Shown here piece by piece: positions 35,210 through 48,960 of a DNA stretch of 64,000 nt. The notes under the pieces are model-generated. The model searched no databases. It had not been told where the DNA came from and was given only the letters and a program-made list of their open reading frames with translations. This DNA comes from Chiloscyllium plagiosum (lineage: Eukaryota): contig NC_057751.1 of assembly GCF_004010195.1 (NCBI RefSeq), positions 973,968-1,037,967 on the forward strand, written 5' to 3'. Numbering within the stretch: the stretch's first letter is position 1; every line of letters begins with the position of its first letter. The translations under genes were made by a program, and so were the position numbers.

Positions 35210-35485
35210 TTTAAGTTCTTCTCTCTAATGAAAACAGCCTCAAGTCCCTCAGCTTTTCCTTGTAAGACCTTCCCACCATACCAGGCAACATCCTGGTAAA
35301 CCTCCTCTGCACCCGTTCCAGTGCCTCCACATCCTTCCTATAGTATGGCGACCAAAACTGCACACAATACTCCAGATGCGGCCGCACCAGAGTCTTATAC
35401 AACTGCAACATGACCTCAGTACTCCGGAACTCAATTCCTCTACCAATAAAAGCCAGTAAGCCATATGCCTTCTTCACCAGCACTG
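35210..35485 (-). mobile_element. CR1 ORF2 fragment
   Basis: KKAYGLLAFIGRGIEFRSTEVMLQLYKTLVRPHLEYCVQFWSPYYRKDVEALERVQRRFTRMLPG. Confidence 0.95.
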
Positions 35486-35777
35486 ATTGACCCAAATGCT
35501 TGCTGCTCCTCCAGGCACAGACTGTTTCGGTCTAAACCTCAAACCTCATCTGCTCATGAGCGAAGCTCCCAGCGATTTGAATGCTACAATCCACTTAGAG
35601 TACTGCAGTGTTGCTTTCTTTCAGATGAGACTTTTCTCCAACTGGTCAATATGTCACTGAATTTGCCCATACATTTTGGCTTAGAGGGTCAAAATTTCCA
35701 ATTGCCCAAATGTATTTTGAATGTTGTTGAGCTTTTGAGTGTAATTTTATATCCATTATATATTATAGTAGGATGTC

Positions 35778-36165
35778 CTCCCTCAGCACTGACCCTCTGA
35801 TAGTGCAGCACTCCTTCAGCACTGACCCTCCGACAGTGCAGCACTCCCTCAGCACTGACCCTCTGACAGTGCAGTACTCCCTCAGCACTGACAGTCTGAC
35901 AGTGCAGTACTCCCTCAGCACTGACCCTCTGACAGTGCCGCACTCCCTCAGCACTGACCCTCTGACAGTGCAGCACTCCCTCAGCACTGACCCTCTGAAG
36001 GTAGAGCACTCCCTCAGTACATACCCTCTGACATTGCAGCACTCTCTCAGTACTGACCCTCTGACAGTGCAGCACTCCCTCAGCACTGACCCTCTGACAG
36101 TGCAGCACTCCCTCAGCACTGACCCTCTGACAGTAGAGTACTCCCTCAGTACAGCACTGGGATTG
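35778..36165 (+). repeat. 33-bp minisatellite, ~11 units
   Basis: Uninterrupted tandem array ending in SINE-like CAGTACAGCACTGGGATTGTC. Confidence 0.97.
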
Positions 36166-37024
36166 TCACTTTGAAATATTCTCTTAAATTTTTGGTTTGC
36201 CATTGACAGCTTGTCAAGAATCAGTTTTTTTGGACATGTGTTCATTCCTGCTCAGAATGTCTCAAGACTTTTTAGAATTTCGAAGTCTGATCTGCTGCAC
36301 ATGTTCATCACAAGCTTAATCATACCTTCAATTTCCTTAGCCTGTTTCCTGTTGCTTTTACCCTGTGCCTATCAACCTGTTTTCCTGTCTCACCTGATTT
36401 TAAATGTTGCTCTGATGTTTCCTTGTGCCAAACTTTCATTGAACTCATTTTGTTCTATGGAAATGTGAGCACCAATTAAATGTCTGAATTGTCTTCCAAT
36501 CCACTGGTCCTCATTCTGGGCTGGTGTGCCATTTGTTTCCCTGTAGTTTACCCCACCTTTTCAGCAATCTCTCTGCCTCTGTCAAATTACTCTTTAATCT
36601 CCTCACTTCTCAGGTAAACATCTCCCACACCTATCCTTGTATTTTTATTTTCACATTTGAATGTGCACTGTGTCCTCTGTATTATTGCAGCAATGTGTGA
36701 GATGCCCAATACTGCACTTAGAAAGCCCACTACTTCATCCTGACCCGAACAGTACGGGAATGCATCGATGCCATAAAACAGTAGCACTTGTCTAGATTCC
36801 ATCAATGGTTCACCCACTGTCAAGGCAAGCGATTAGTGTAAACACAATTTAGCTGTGATCAATGGAATATGAATTCATTCATCAGTTGCACAAATGGGGC
36901 ATAAACAGAAAGAGGCTTGTCTCAGCATTTGCTGCAGGCATTAACAAAGTCGTCTTCAAAGACAGTGATGATAACTGGATCTAAAAGTGCTAATTATCCT
37001 GGAGTGTTAGCCAATTCGGCCATC

Positions 37025-37350
37025 GACTGCATCTCACTAGGTCACATGCTTGCCTCTGAGTGAGATGGTTTGCATCCTACCTCAAGGTCCTGAGCACATC
37101 ATCCAGGCTGATAGTCCCTGAAGATTCCAGGATTATCCTTGAAGTTCAGAGGAAGGTTCACTGTACCTGAAATGTTAATTCTGATTTCTCTCCATAGATG
37201 CTGCCAGACATGCTGAGATTGTCCAGCAGTTTCTGTTTCTGACTCTGATTTCCAGCATCCACATTTCTTTTATTTTTTTATTTGATAGTCCCTGTGCAAT
37301 ACTGAGGAAGCACTGAGCTGTTATCTTTCAGATGAGATATTAAACATGAT
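37025..37350 (+). mobile_element. Deu-SINE 5' part interrupted by a pLTR fragment (~37140-37280)
   Basis: CTTGCCTCTGAGTGAG..TGAGCACATCATCCAGGCTGATAGTCCCTG, resuming at TGATAGTCCCTGTGCAATACTGAGG; TGATAGTCCCTG is duplicated on both sides of the insert. Confidence 0.65.
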
Positions 37351-39934
37351 GTCAATAATCCCACCACAGAGAGAGACCGATTAGTCTATCATACACATGC
37401 TTGCTCTCTTGAAGATCAGTCTGACTTGCCCTACTGTCCTGCTCCACAACAAAGCTGTGAGGAGATGGACAGAGATGTGTTTGGGGACTGTGGAAGGACT
37501 GAGTGTAGTTTGTAGTGGTCCTGGGGTTGAATGACACTCACAATCTCACTTGCTGTGGAAATTCTTGGAGAGCTTCACTGAGTTTTCAGTCCATGGTACC
37601 TTCCAGCACATTCTCCCATCAGGATTGCATTGTCTCTTTGGTCAAGTTGTCCAAATTGTCCAAATCTCCTGCCCTTGCCCCACAGTTCTGAAATTATCTG
37701 ATGATGCCATGAGGATTTGAGTGAAGAGTAATTTAGGACCTTGTGGGAGAGGTCCTTCTAATAAGCATTCTCACAATGTTGAGCTGATTCTTGGAGCCTT
37801 TAAATAGTTGCAGAGATGTCATTGCCTACTGCCGTTTACTGTTCAAGTTTCTCAGTAGACACACACTAGATCATGTCAGCCCTTAAAGAGCCCATACAGA
37901 TAGATAGGATAGTAGGATGCCTTGCGACAGGTAGGTTAGTTATATCTCTGTGCATGCAAATAGGGAAACATTACAAACTGAAAGGAGAGCACAGCTGAAG
38001 AGGAGTCGTCTCCCAGTGCAGGTTGAAACCTATCAGGTTGCTCCCTCCTCGGTCTGAAGCCGAAAGAAGATCCTAACTCAGCAATCTTCCCCTGCCCTTG
38101 ACTCACCGTGCCCCCAGAGCAGGACCAACTAATTGGTCAGTTGAAGGAAATCAGTTCAGCAATTCTTCATCTGGTTGACTAGTGACTGAAGAGCAAGTGA
38201 GCTGAACCGTGTGAATTGGTCAGCTTCAGCCAACCTAAGATGAAGCAAGGGGAACAGAGGAAGTTAGCACATCTCTAAATGTGACTTCAGCCTCAGCACC
38301 TGTGCAGCAACAGCAAGAATGTTGGCCTCACTTCGACCTGGGCTCATCCCAACAAATGGAGCAGATTCCTCATTACCTGATTGTTAACAAAGTGTGCAAA
38401 GACAATGCCCCGAGAATTGTTTCTCTTGGGCTTTGTGCACTGCCATTGTCTAATGGATTAATCTTTAATTCATAGAGGCTCCAGGACAATCCTGGAGGGC
38501 TGACAATCCGATTCAAGCTCTGTTCTTTTTCCCTCAATAAATCTTGTGCTGCCTGAATTGAATCAGACGTTGATGGCTATTTCATGCTTTCTTTGCAGAA
38601 TGCTGACACTGGTATCATTCAGTAATTATTGTTTCCTTAAGTTATCGCTGTAATTTCTGCTCTCCGAGATCCCAATCAATTTCCCCTCTCAAGGGCACGG
38701 TTGAAAAGCAATCTTTTGCGAGCAGCCTCTGATGGATTGGGCCCTTGGACAGGGCCCAGACAAATAGTCTAATTTGGCACAAATTAGCCCAGCTTTCAGG
38801 GATGGTTTTATACACCGATGTAAATTATATTGTCAGGAACAGTCACCTTCTTCCTGGTAATGCAGCTAACAAGAAACCGCAAGCAGATCTGCTTCTGATA
38901 ACCTTCAGCTGCTTGCTGTGTACAAGCAGCCATTTTCCGTCTACCTGGATTTAGCAGTGAGTGTTACCCTTTTGAAGATAGGCTCTTTCAAATGGAGTGT
39001 TAAACAGAGGGCCTGCCTGCCTATGCTCCCAGATGGAATTGGAACAAGTGCAGGGGAAATAATTCTGTGCACATTGACGGACATAATGGCCTCACATTAC
39101 AGCTGAGTGACTGTTCATGAAAGACACTACACAAATGCAGACGGTCCTTTTGTCCGATGTCAGTCAAGGAGCAGGGAAGCTATCGTGGGTCGAGCTGTGA
39201 GGGGAGGGCGTCAGTAAGGAGGACGATCTGACAAGCTGTCTCCCCCACCTCCCCGCCACCCCCCACCAATGAACAGACTTGTCTGAATTTTGGGCCCATT
39301 TGATTTAAGCCTGGAGCAGAGTTGGGAGGGGATTGCTGCGAGTCTCCTTTACAAGGACATTTTGTTTTTCCTATATTCTGTTGCTAAATCATCTAAAACG
39401 TGCCTAGAGAAGCTTGTATTCACTTCCCATGTTCCACGCCCCCTCCGATAAATCACAATAATGAGCAAGATTTGAAAAGTGTTACAAATCAATTTATTGA
39501 ATTTGAACCTGTTCTGGTTTCCTTCACTTGTCTGTTGTCATTGCTTTTTCAGCGGGTACATCCTCTGTGGGTTTGCTTGAGGTAGGAGTGTTCTCTTCCA
39601 CATGCTCTGACTTGCGGTGCCAGCTTTGGGTGACACAGGCCCACTGCTAGTTTAGCTGAACATCTGATTTTTACACTTTCATCAGCAAAGAAATAAAAGC
39701 ATTGAGCAAAGCTCATTATCACATCAATGCTGTCCTGTGTGGGAGTTGGCTGTGTGCAAATGGCTGCTGTGTCTGCTGGATTTATAACAATGGCCGCACT
39801 TCAGAAGGATTTTATTGATTGAAAATTGCTTAATATGTTAACAACCAGTCTGCAAGTGCTTTGAGTGTCAGCATTGCTGTTTGTTGTGGGAGCTTGCTGT
39901 GTGCACGGAGGTACAGTTAGTACGTTTGCAGTTA

Positions 39935-41055
39935 ACAACGATATTGGAGGTGGAGTGGTCAGCGAAGAGGGTTACCTCAGAGTACAATGGGACCTTAATC
40001 AGATGGGCCAATGGCTGAGAGCTGGCAGATGGAGTTTAATTCAGATAAATGCGAGGTGCTGTATTTTGGAAAGACAAATCAGGGCAGGACTTATTCACTT
40101 AATGGTAAGGTCCTGGGGAGTGTTACTGAACAAAGAGACCTTGAACGTCGACAAACAGGAGGGTGGAAGAACACAGCAAGCCAGGCAGCGTCAGGGGGTG
40201 GAGAAGTCTACATTTCAGGTGGAACCCTTCTTCAGGACCGGAAATGTTGACTTCACCACCTCCTGATGCTGCCTGGCTTGCTGTGTTCTTCCAGCATCCT
40301 GTTTGTCCACCTTGGATTCCAGCATCTGTAGTTTTTTTGTCTCTATAGAAATCTAGGAGTGCAGGTTCATAGCTCCTTGAAAGTGGAGTCGCAGGTAGAT
40401 AGGATAGTGAAGAAGGCATTTGGTATGCTTTCCTTTATTGGTTAGAGTATTGAGTACAGGAGTTGGGAGGTGCAGTTGCAACTGTACAGGACATTGGTTC
40501 GGCCACTGTTGGACTACTGTGTGCAATTCTGGTCCCCTTCCTATCGGAAGGGTGTTGTGAAACTTGAAATGGTTCAGAAAAGATTTACAATATATTACCA
40601 GACCTGGAGGGTTTGAGCTATAGGGAGAGGTTGAATAGACTAGGGCTGTTTTCCTTGCAACATCATAGGCTGAGGGGTGACCTTATAGAGGTTTATAAAA
40701 TCATGAGGGGCATTGTTAGGATAAATGGACAAGGTCTTTTCCCTGGGGTGGGGGAGTCCAGAACTAGAGGGCATAGGTTTAGGGTGAGAGGGGAAAGATA
40801 TAAAAGAGACCTATGGGGCAACGTTTTCACACAGAGGGTGGTACGTGTATGGAATGAGCTGCCAGAGGAAATGGTGGAGGCTGGTACAATTACAGCATTT
40901 CAAAGACATCTGGATGGGTATATGATTAGGAAGGATTTGGAGGGATATGGGCCGGGTGCTGGCAGGTGGGACTAGATTGGATTCGGATATCTGGTTGGCA
41001 TGGATGGGTTGGACTGAAGGGTTTGTTTCCGTGCTATGCAACTCTATGACTCTTA
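39935..41055 (+). mobile_element. CR1 LINE 3' ~1 kb, interrupted by a fold-back element
   Basis: WAESWQMEFNSDKCEVLYFG..EQRDL, then SYRERLNRLGLFSL..LRGDLIEVYKIMRG..RVWNELPEE; (CTCTATGA)n tail. Confidence 0.95.
40145..40345. mobile_element. Fold-back Penelope-derived element inserted in CR1
   Basis: GACAAACAGGAGGGTGGAAGAACACAGCAAGCCAGGCAGC and its reverse complement; the host EQRDL|GVQVH codons resume after it. Confidence 0.82.
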
Positions 41056-42803
41056 GTCGCTGTAGTATTTCTGACATTGCAACAACAACTATGTTTTGAA
41101 AGTCCTCTATTGCTTTAGGATGTGACAGGCACTGTTTATATTTGAATGAAATTGATGTCTTGGGGGATAATGAGTGAAGCTGTGTATGGGTGCTTGCTGG
41201 GCTGTTGTATACTGATGCAGCACAATACACCAACCACAATTGAAAAGTACTGAAACAGAAATTACTGGAAAAGCTCAGCAGATCTGGCAGCATCTGTGGA
41301 GAGAAATCAGAGTTAACGTTTCGGGTTCAGCGATCTTTCCTCACAACTGACCCAGAATAGTCACCTGATAAGCGCCCCGAAAGCTTGTGATTTCAAATTA
41401 ACCTGTTGGGCTATAACCTGGTGTCTTGTGACTTCTGACCTTATTTCTATGTCATAAACTCTGTCTGAAAGTGCTTTGATTGAAAATTTTGTCTCAGTAA
41501 ATATTAAGTGAAGGTGACTGTGTGTAAATACCTGCTACATTTGTGGTATGTACAGGACTGACTCTCACTTCAGATACAGTATTAGTTGGAATGTGCTTTA
41601 GACTATGCTGGGAGGTGTTGTGATCCCAGTGATGTTATCACTGGAAAGGTCAGATGCCAGTCTGAATCCTGGTATGAAACATCAGATTTTGTTTTGATTT
41701 GGATGTTAAAGAGGTAACAGCACGTTGGAACATAGGCAAACAATGTGATTTTGTATTTAACAGTAAAGCAGAAGTTTATTAAGCAAAAGGAATTAAGATG
41801 AAATATAATACACCAAACTATTTAGAAAGTCTCAGACCAGAGGCAATAATCTTACAATAAGGAGTCACACATTGAAGACAGAAATGAAGAAGAATTTCTT
41901 CTCTCAGAAGGTAGTGAATCTGGAGATTTTTAATATCACAGAGAGCTGTTGAGGCTGCATTGTTAAGTTGTTCAGGGCTGAGAAAGACAGATTTTTAATC
42001 AGTGAGGTAATCAGTGAGGGTTATGGGGAAAGGTGGAAAATGGAGGTGAGGGTTGTCAGAAAAAATATGGCACAGTCAGCAGGTCTGGCAGCATCTGTGA
42101 GAAGGAAGCAGAGCTAACGTTTCAAAACCAGTGACTTCATCAAAACTGTGAGCAGCTTGTACACTTATGTTGAAGAAACAAGTTTGGGGCAGTGGGGTTG
42201 GGAAAGGGAAAGGTGTGCAGATGCTTGGAGATGGAGCCAGAGGGTGAGAGAGAGAGAGAGAGAGAGATACCTGAAAAAGGTTGGTAAACCAGGAAATTAT
42301 AGATAGCAGATCTTCTCTCACTTACTTCAGGTTAAAGGGTGACCCCATGGGTACCTCTAGGGATGCCAGTTATGCCTGTCTCTTTGTGGGGTATATGGTA
42401 CATTCCTTGTTCCAATCCTACTTGCATCCCCACCCATAACTCTTTCTCCAATACATTGCTGACATCATCAGTACTGCTTCCCTCTCTCGATCCCTGATTT
42501 GGAAAAATGTATCAATTTCACTTCCAATTTCCAGCCCGCCATCACCTTCACCTGGTCCCTCTCCAACACCTCCCTTCCCTTCCTCAACATCTCTGTTTCC
42601 ATCCTTGGGATAGGCTGGCCACCAATTTTCATTGCATTCCTATTGACATCCACAATTACCTGGACTATACATCCTCACACTCTGCTTCCTGTAAGAACTC
42701 CATCCCATTCCCCCTATTTCTCTGTCTCTGTCACTTCTGCTCTGGCGTTGCTGCCTTCGCAGGGGCACTCTGAAACATCAAGCATTTTCATCACCCGAGG
42801 CCT

Positions 42804-43117
42804 GGAGATCACAGTGGCTCAGTGGTTAGCACTGCTGCCTCACAACGCCAGGGACCCGGGTTCAATACCAGCCTTGGGTAACTGTCTGTGTGGACACGCT
42901 CTCTCCATGTCTGCGTGGGTTGCCTCCAGGTGCTCCGGTTTCCTCCCACAATCCAAAGATGTGCAGGTCAGGTGAATTGGCCATGCTAAATTGCCCATAG
43001 TGTTGGGCGCATTAGTCTGGGTAAATATAGGGTAGGGAGATGGGTGGGTTACTCTTTGGAGGGTCAGTGTGGACTTGTTGGGTCAAGGGCTTGCTTCCAC
43101 ACTGTAGGGAATCTAAT
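42804..43117 (+). mobile_element. HE1-type SINE nested in the Penelope element
   Basis: TGGCTCAGTGGTTAGCACTGCTGCCTCAC, GGTTCAATACC, central domain, tail. Confidence 0.9.
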
Positions 43118-43370
43118 TCCCCACCACTGGACCCATCTCTTGCATATCTGCCTTCTCTTCTCTCCACCAATAATGATAGGGTCCCCCGATCCTCACTTAC
43201 CACCTCAACAGCCTCCACATCCAAAGGATTGTCAGCTGGCATTTCCATCATCTCCACTGGGATTTCACCACCACATTTCAAAAATTCCCTTTCCTCCCAT
43301 GTCAGCATTGGACCAGCATGACTGCACCCTGCAGAACACATTGGTCCATTCATCCTCCATTCTCACCATC

Positions 43371-43667
43371 ATAGCGGCTCAGTGGTTAGCACTGCTGCCT
43401 CATAGCATCAGGGTCCCAGGTTCGATTCACGCCTCGGGTGACTGCCTGTGTGGAGTTTGCACATTCTCCCCGTGTCTGCGTGGGTTTCCTCCGGGTGCTC
43501 CGGTTTCCTCCCACAGTCCAAAGATGTGCAGGTCAGGTGAATGGGCCATGCTAAATTGCCCGTAGTGTTAGGAGGGAAATGGTTCTGGGTGGGTTGCTCT
43601 TCGGAGGGTCGGCGTGGACTGGTTGGGCCGAAGGGCCTGTTTCCACACTGTAAGGAATCTAAAAAAA
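43371..43667 (+). mobile_element. HE1-type SINE nested in the Penelope element
   Basis: GGCTCAGTGGTTAGCACTGC, GGTTCGATTC, central domain, GGGCCGAAGGGCCTGTTTCCACACTG tail. Confidence 0.9.
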
Positions 43668-46600
43668 TCCCACAGCCCCCATGGCACCTTCACATGCAAT
43701 TGCAAAATGTGTAACACTTGCCCATTTATCTCCTCACCATCCAAGTCTCAAATATGTTTCCACTGAAGCAGTAATTGCTTGATACAATCTAGTCCTTGAT
43801 ACAACCTGTCCTTGATACAATCTAGTCTACTGTATTCACTGCTCACAGCATAATCTCTTCTCCATTAGGGAGACAAAATGGAGGCTTGGAAACCACTTTG
43901 CAGAACACCTACATTCTGTCTGCAATAATTACCCTGACCTTTCAGTTGCCTGCCAATTCAAGACACCAGCCGATTCCCTGGCCAGCATTTCTATTGCAGG
44001 CCTGCTGCAGTGCTCCAGTGAAGCTCAGCACCAGCTCAAAGAACAACATCTGGTTTTCTGCTTGGGGACCCTGCAGCCTCTGGGACTCAATATCCAGTTC
44101 AATAACTTTAGAGCCTGATTCTGGTTCTGTTACAATGTAGGTTGCTTTTAGCACAGTCATTCATTTTCACCTCCTCCCAGGCCTGTTACCATATTATATG
44201 GGTTACTTTCAGTACAGCATTGCTTCCTACTCTTAGCTCTTATTATCATTTATTCAGCTTTCCTTCTGTCCCAGCCTGCTATTCATAATCTCCTGGTTTA
44301 CCTGCTCCTGCCATATCACTCTTTCTCTGGGCTCCATCCCAACCTATCCACTCACCCATCCCCCTTCCCATCCCCAACTTCTTCATCAGCATAAATGTTA
44401 CCTTCTCCCTGCTGCTATCAGTTCTGATGAGAGTCACCAGACTCGAAATGCTAACTCTGCTTTCTTCCCAAAGATGCTGCCACACCTGCTGAGTTTTGCC
44501 GGCAATTTCTATTTTTGTTTCAGATAGCCAGCATCTGCATTTCTTGGTTTTATTTGATGATTATCAGACCGGTTATGATCTCATTGAATGGCAGAGCAGA
44601 CTTGATGGGCCGAATGGCCTACTTCTGCTCATGAGTCTTATAATACAAGTTCAAAGAGATTTATGGGTAATAAAAGTATAATGTTATTTATCCCAAAATA
44701 ATCCATGACAAGATCAAAGAAAACAATATCACTTGCCAGGTATCCAAATACACCATGTTTACAGAATATACATCAGAGAGAAAAAAAACCACTCCAAACA
44801 CCTAATAGGTTTCAGTGAGTGTGCATTTAACTCCTAGACTGAAAACTCTGACAGATTATTTTCTTGGAGCATTCATAAAGCTGAGCTTAAATGTGTGCAG
44901 CTTCAAGTAACTTCTTCAGGGCTTTATTCCAACACCTCTGGTATGGGACAATCACGAGCGCCTTACTGTAAAATAATCAAATTTTACTATATTCTCCCAT
45001 TCTCAGGATCACTGCTCAACCATAACCATTTCCAGCCAATGACTTCAAAGACTCCCCAAAACAAAGTCAAACTGAAAACAAAATGTCTCAAAGCTACAAA
45101 ACAGGAGAACGCCACAATGTATCTTCCTAAACACACATCTAAGTTATGCACATCACCTGCATGAACACCAACACAGGGCTATCTAAGAAAGAGGGTACAA
45201 TACAGTATCTCTCTCTCTCTCGTTCTCTACATTGAGATGACAGATGGCAAGGATCCATACTCCAGTTCGGATAACCTCACATCTCCTGGCCCCAAAGACA
45301 GACCAAGGAATCGTCCCCGTGGATGCAGATATAAAAGCTCTGGAAAAGATATGTGAGTGCTCCCTATGTAACCCGTTCTGACTGCTTTCCCCCTCAGCTA
45401 CCTTCAGCCTCCAACCTTGGAAAGTGTCCCCATTTTTCTGAGCAGCAATTCGACTCAGGCCTTATTCAGTCCTGATGCTGGCTTTGCTGTCAGCCAGTTA
45501 TCCAGTTAGAACATCTCCAATCCCCTTACCAATCACATGAACGTTCTGATTCACTCACAACTTCGCGGTTTCCTCTTTGCAGTGTTACTGGCCTGCTGTG
45601 AACCATTTGTACATCAATGTACACTATAGAGAGCCTTTCAGTCATGAATCTAATCTTTGGTCCCATGTCCATACAGCCAGTACACATTGTTTAGAAGCAT
45701 GTCAGATGTATAAAACAGTCATTCACTGAAAACACGAACAATATCTGTTGACAATGTGTAAATAAGGATTGTTCAAATGGGCACACAGCCAGAGGTCTCA
45801 ATCAGGCAAGGGCTCAAGTGTTTCAAGTGAGTAATGGATACCTGGGCTTTCAGTCAAAAGTACATAATACATTGGAAAGCTTTCAATTAATTGCTTTGTT
45901 TAAAGCACTTCTTTTGCACACACACCTCTATCAGTAGAGGGTTTGTTGCTTCTATACTGTGTATGGTGGGGAAATGTCCCATAGATTTGCATGGGAGCAT
46001 GAGGGACCATGGGGGTTGTTTTGGAAGCAGGTAGAATGGACAGGGCACATTGGGAATGTCTGGGCCATGAGGACTTCTCTGTTTTTCTACTCAGTTGTCC
46101 AACACTGAGGTGGACCTTTCAAAGAGCAGCCTTTAAAACTGGCAGCCCCAACAGTTACCTCCTGTCACCTTTTGAGGGTTTGTGACCACAGTTACAAGTG
46201 TTTATCAGAAATATTCATATTGTTCATTATGTTTGTTCAGAAGCAGCAGTTCAGATGGGGTCAATTAGTTAATTCGACTTGTAATAGAGTGAAGTGGTGG
46301 AGGGAGCTGAAGGGCTTTTGAAGTCTTCTTCCTCACCTCCTGAATGCATCTTCCATGTGAATGAGACTCTCCTGCTGTCTGACAAAGACTGCCCAACAAG
46401 GCCCTGAGCACTTGCTGAAATATCCTCTTTCTCAGGGCTCGTAGTCTATACTGTGGCTATCACTATTTGAAGCCCTCAAGGCAATGGGCCGGGATGATGT
46501 CAGGTAACCATCGCCCCCTTGCCCACCTTTATCTGAAGGTTAGTTGTTATTCTCTAGAAGAACAAGGCTTCTCACATACACTCAATTGAAAATAGGATGC

Positions 46601-46789
46601 CAGATATATCTTTGATCTTTAATGTCAGTTCAATGGAGCATCATGACCTGACTGATCCTGATGACTTTTGTGACTTTTCATGTCCCTTCCTTTAGTTTTA
46701 GTTGATTAGAAATTTCTTTATCTTGAGGAAGCCTAGTTACAGTAATCACACTTTATTTGAGGTCACCTGCTCCACAGGAATTCGAATTT

Positions 46790-47095
46790 GGGCGGCACAG
46801 TGGCTCAGTGGTTAGCACTGCTGCCTTATGGCACCAGGGACCCAGGTTCAATTCCACCCTCGGGTGACTGTCTGTGTGAAGTTTGCACATTCTCCCTGTG
46901 TCTGTGTAGGTTGCCTCTGGGTGCTCCAGTTTCCTCCCATAATCCAAAGATGTGCAGGTTAGGTGGCTTGGCCATTGGGAATGCAGGGTTACACAGTGGG
47001 GGAGGTGGACCTGGGAGGAATGCTGTTCAGAGGGTCAGTGTAAACTTGATGGGCTGAATGGCCCTCTTCCATACTAAAAGGATTCTCTGATTCTA
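46790..47095 (+). mobile_element. HE1-type SINE
   Basis: GGGCGGCACAGTGGCTCAGTGG head, GGTTCAATTCC B box. Confidence 0.9.
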
Positions 47096-48524
47096 AGAAA
47101 TCAGTTTTAAAGGGTTTCCAGTTTCCAAAAATCACAGTTTTGTGCTGGGCATTTGCCCCACTGAGGGAAGGTCTCTTCCTTGAAACCACTTCCTCTCCAG
47201 GCAGGTGCACCAAAAAGAGAATTCTCTGGCTTTCCGACTCCAGTGACTTACCTCAAGGATGAAAATCTAGGCCAAGTCTTCAATTCCTAAGAAACCTTCA
47301 AACCCAACTGTTGCTTCACCAGATTTTAAAGAACCATACTCTTCTTTGAAAGTTCAGTGCACTGTCCCCCTTGGGTTACCTTTCTTACAAGCTGTTCCAG
47401 TTCCTTGGAAAAGTGACAAAACTGGACAGCAGTCTACAAGGCTGAATGGTGAAATCGAAAGTGCTCTCTGTCCATTGCAAGATATTTACATGCAAGGAAA
47501 CTTGTATTTTGGACTAACATTCATGATAACAATCATGGCCATTTAAGCTGCCCAGTCTGGAGGAGTTCATTCATCTCCTCAATCCTGTCATTCCAGTTGT
47601 TACCAGTTTGGAAAGCTGTTTCCAATCATTTGACTTTGTGAAAATAAACTACTTTGATTTCGATCCTATTACAGTAAATCTGTATTCCAGCTCCGTTTTT
47701 CTTGCCTTTGCATAGGCTACTTTCTTTTCTTCACCAACAAAAATCTCTTGGAAGATCTACCTTACCCCCAGCATCTGTTCTACAGCCAGATTCCGTTCCC
47801 TAGTTTTTGGTGAACAGTTTCCTGACCATTCCTGAATAGCCCCTAATTTTAAGGCGGCATCACTTGGTTCTGGACACCTTTTCCTGGAAGAATTGCTTAA
47901 TAATTGTAAACATCTCCATTGGAGCTTCAACCTTCCAGATTCAAGCTGTATTCTAGACTTGCTCTCCTCACATTTTAACCATTCCAGTTCTGGGATCATT
48001 CTGGTGAATTTATATTGTGCCTTATCTGCACAGATTCCCCTGAGTGCAATATTGCTCTCTCTGAGTAATAGCATTCCAGTTCAGTCTGTATATCTAAAAT
48101 ATTCAACTCTGCCTCTGCTTTTCAAGGTAATTTATCATGTTTGACATAAATTAGTTCAAGCACCATTCTTTTGATGTGAGTAATTGTTTCTGGATAGTTG
48201 TTGCATTCTCAGTTACTGATTCCAGGACTCAATGGTCTTGCTGTCTTCTTACTTCCAAGATGTTATCCCAAGACTTACAGCTGGTTCTAATCGATTCCCA
48301 CTCCCGCCTAAACAACATCAATTCATTGAACTCCACTCACAAGCCAGGCCAATTGTTAATAGTCAACTCTAACTGAAATTGGGTTTGACTGAATATACCA
48401 CGTGATTTTAATTCTCCTTCTCAGTTCACTAGAGAACCTGGATTGGACTAATGTCTGACTGTGCCAGCCATGGCTGAGTGGATAGGTTCCCTGAAATTAT
48501 CTGAATGCAGTCATTTGAAAAATA

Positions 48525-48960
48525 TAAAGAAAGAATTGCATCTCGGTAACACCTCTCATGACCACTGGAAAGCAGTTTTGCAGGGTCTTCACTTGTTGTC
48601 ACGTTGGAAGCACGCAACCAATTTGCACGCTCAAGATTCCGCAGTCACAAAGTAAAAATGATCAGAGAATCTATTCCTATGGTGCTTATTGAGGAACAGA
48701 TCCCTGGTGCAGCACATCTGAAATAACTTCCTTGCTGTTTATCAAAATGGTGCTGTGAGATCTATTACATGCGTCTGAGAGTTGGCAGGGGGTATCAGTT
48801 CAATGTTTCATCAATAAGATGGGGCCTTCAGCAGTGTGGAGCTCCCTCAGTAATGGATGGGAATATCAGGCTTGACATTTCCACCCAAATCATGCCATGG
48901 GATTTGAATTTGGAGCCTTCTGACTTGAAGGCGAGAATGCCTGAGCCACAGCCAACTCCA
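48525..48960 (-). mobile_element. Deu-domain SINE
   Basis: Reverse-strand Deu core and a single unexpanded CAGTGTGGAGCTCCCTCAGTA motif. Confidence 0.6.

Larger units (their letters stand above)
42075..44555 (+). mobile_element. Penelope-like element, 5'-truncated: RT and GIY-YIG remnants, 3' pLTR, inverted 5' pLTR
   Basis: SYACLFVGY, YIAD (42452-42463, decayed YIDD), FTWSLSNTSLPFLNISVSI; CNCKMCNTCP; LVYCIHCS..RETKWRL; LGTLQPLGLNIQFNN; decayed hammerhead gttCTGATGAgagtcaccagactcGAAA at ~44421-44450. Confidence 0.9.
41830..44640 (+). mobile_element. Old CR1 3' fragment (41830-42060 and 44557-44640) split by a Penelope element
   Basis: GAAGAATTTCTTCTCTCAGAAGGTAGTGAATCTGG..GAGGGTTGTCAGA resumes as GATGATTATCAGA..GGCCGAATGGCCTACTTCTGCTC. 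Confidence 0.7.

Noticed and set aside
35689..36245. Repetitive ORFs (VRGSVLRECCT / EGVLHCQRVSA / HSLSTDPLTVQ) resembling Cys/His-rich proteins
   Set aside because: They are translations of a 33-bp unit that is open in several frames on both strands; the same occurs at 9.6-10.7 kb.
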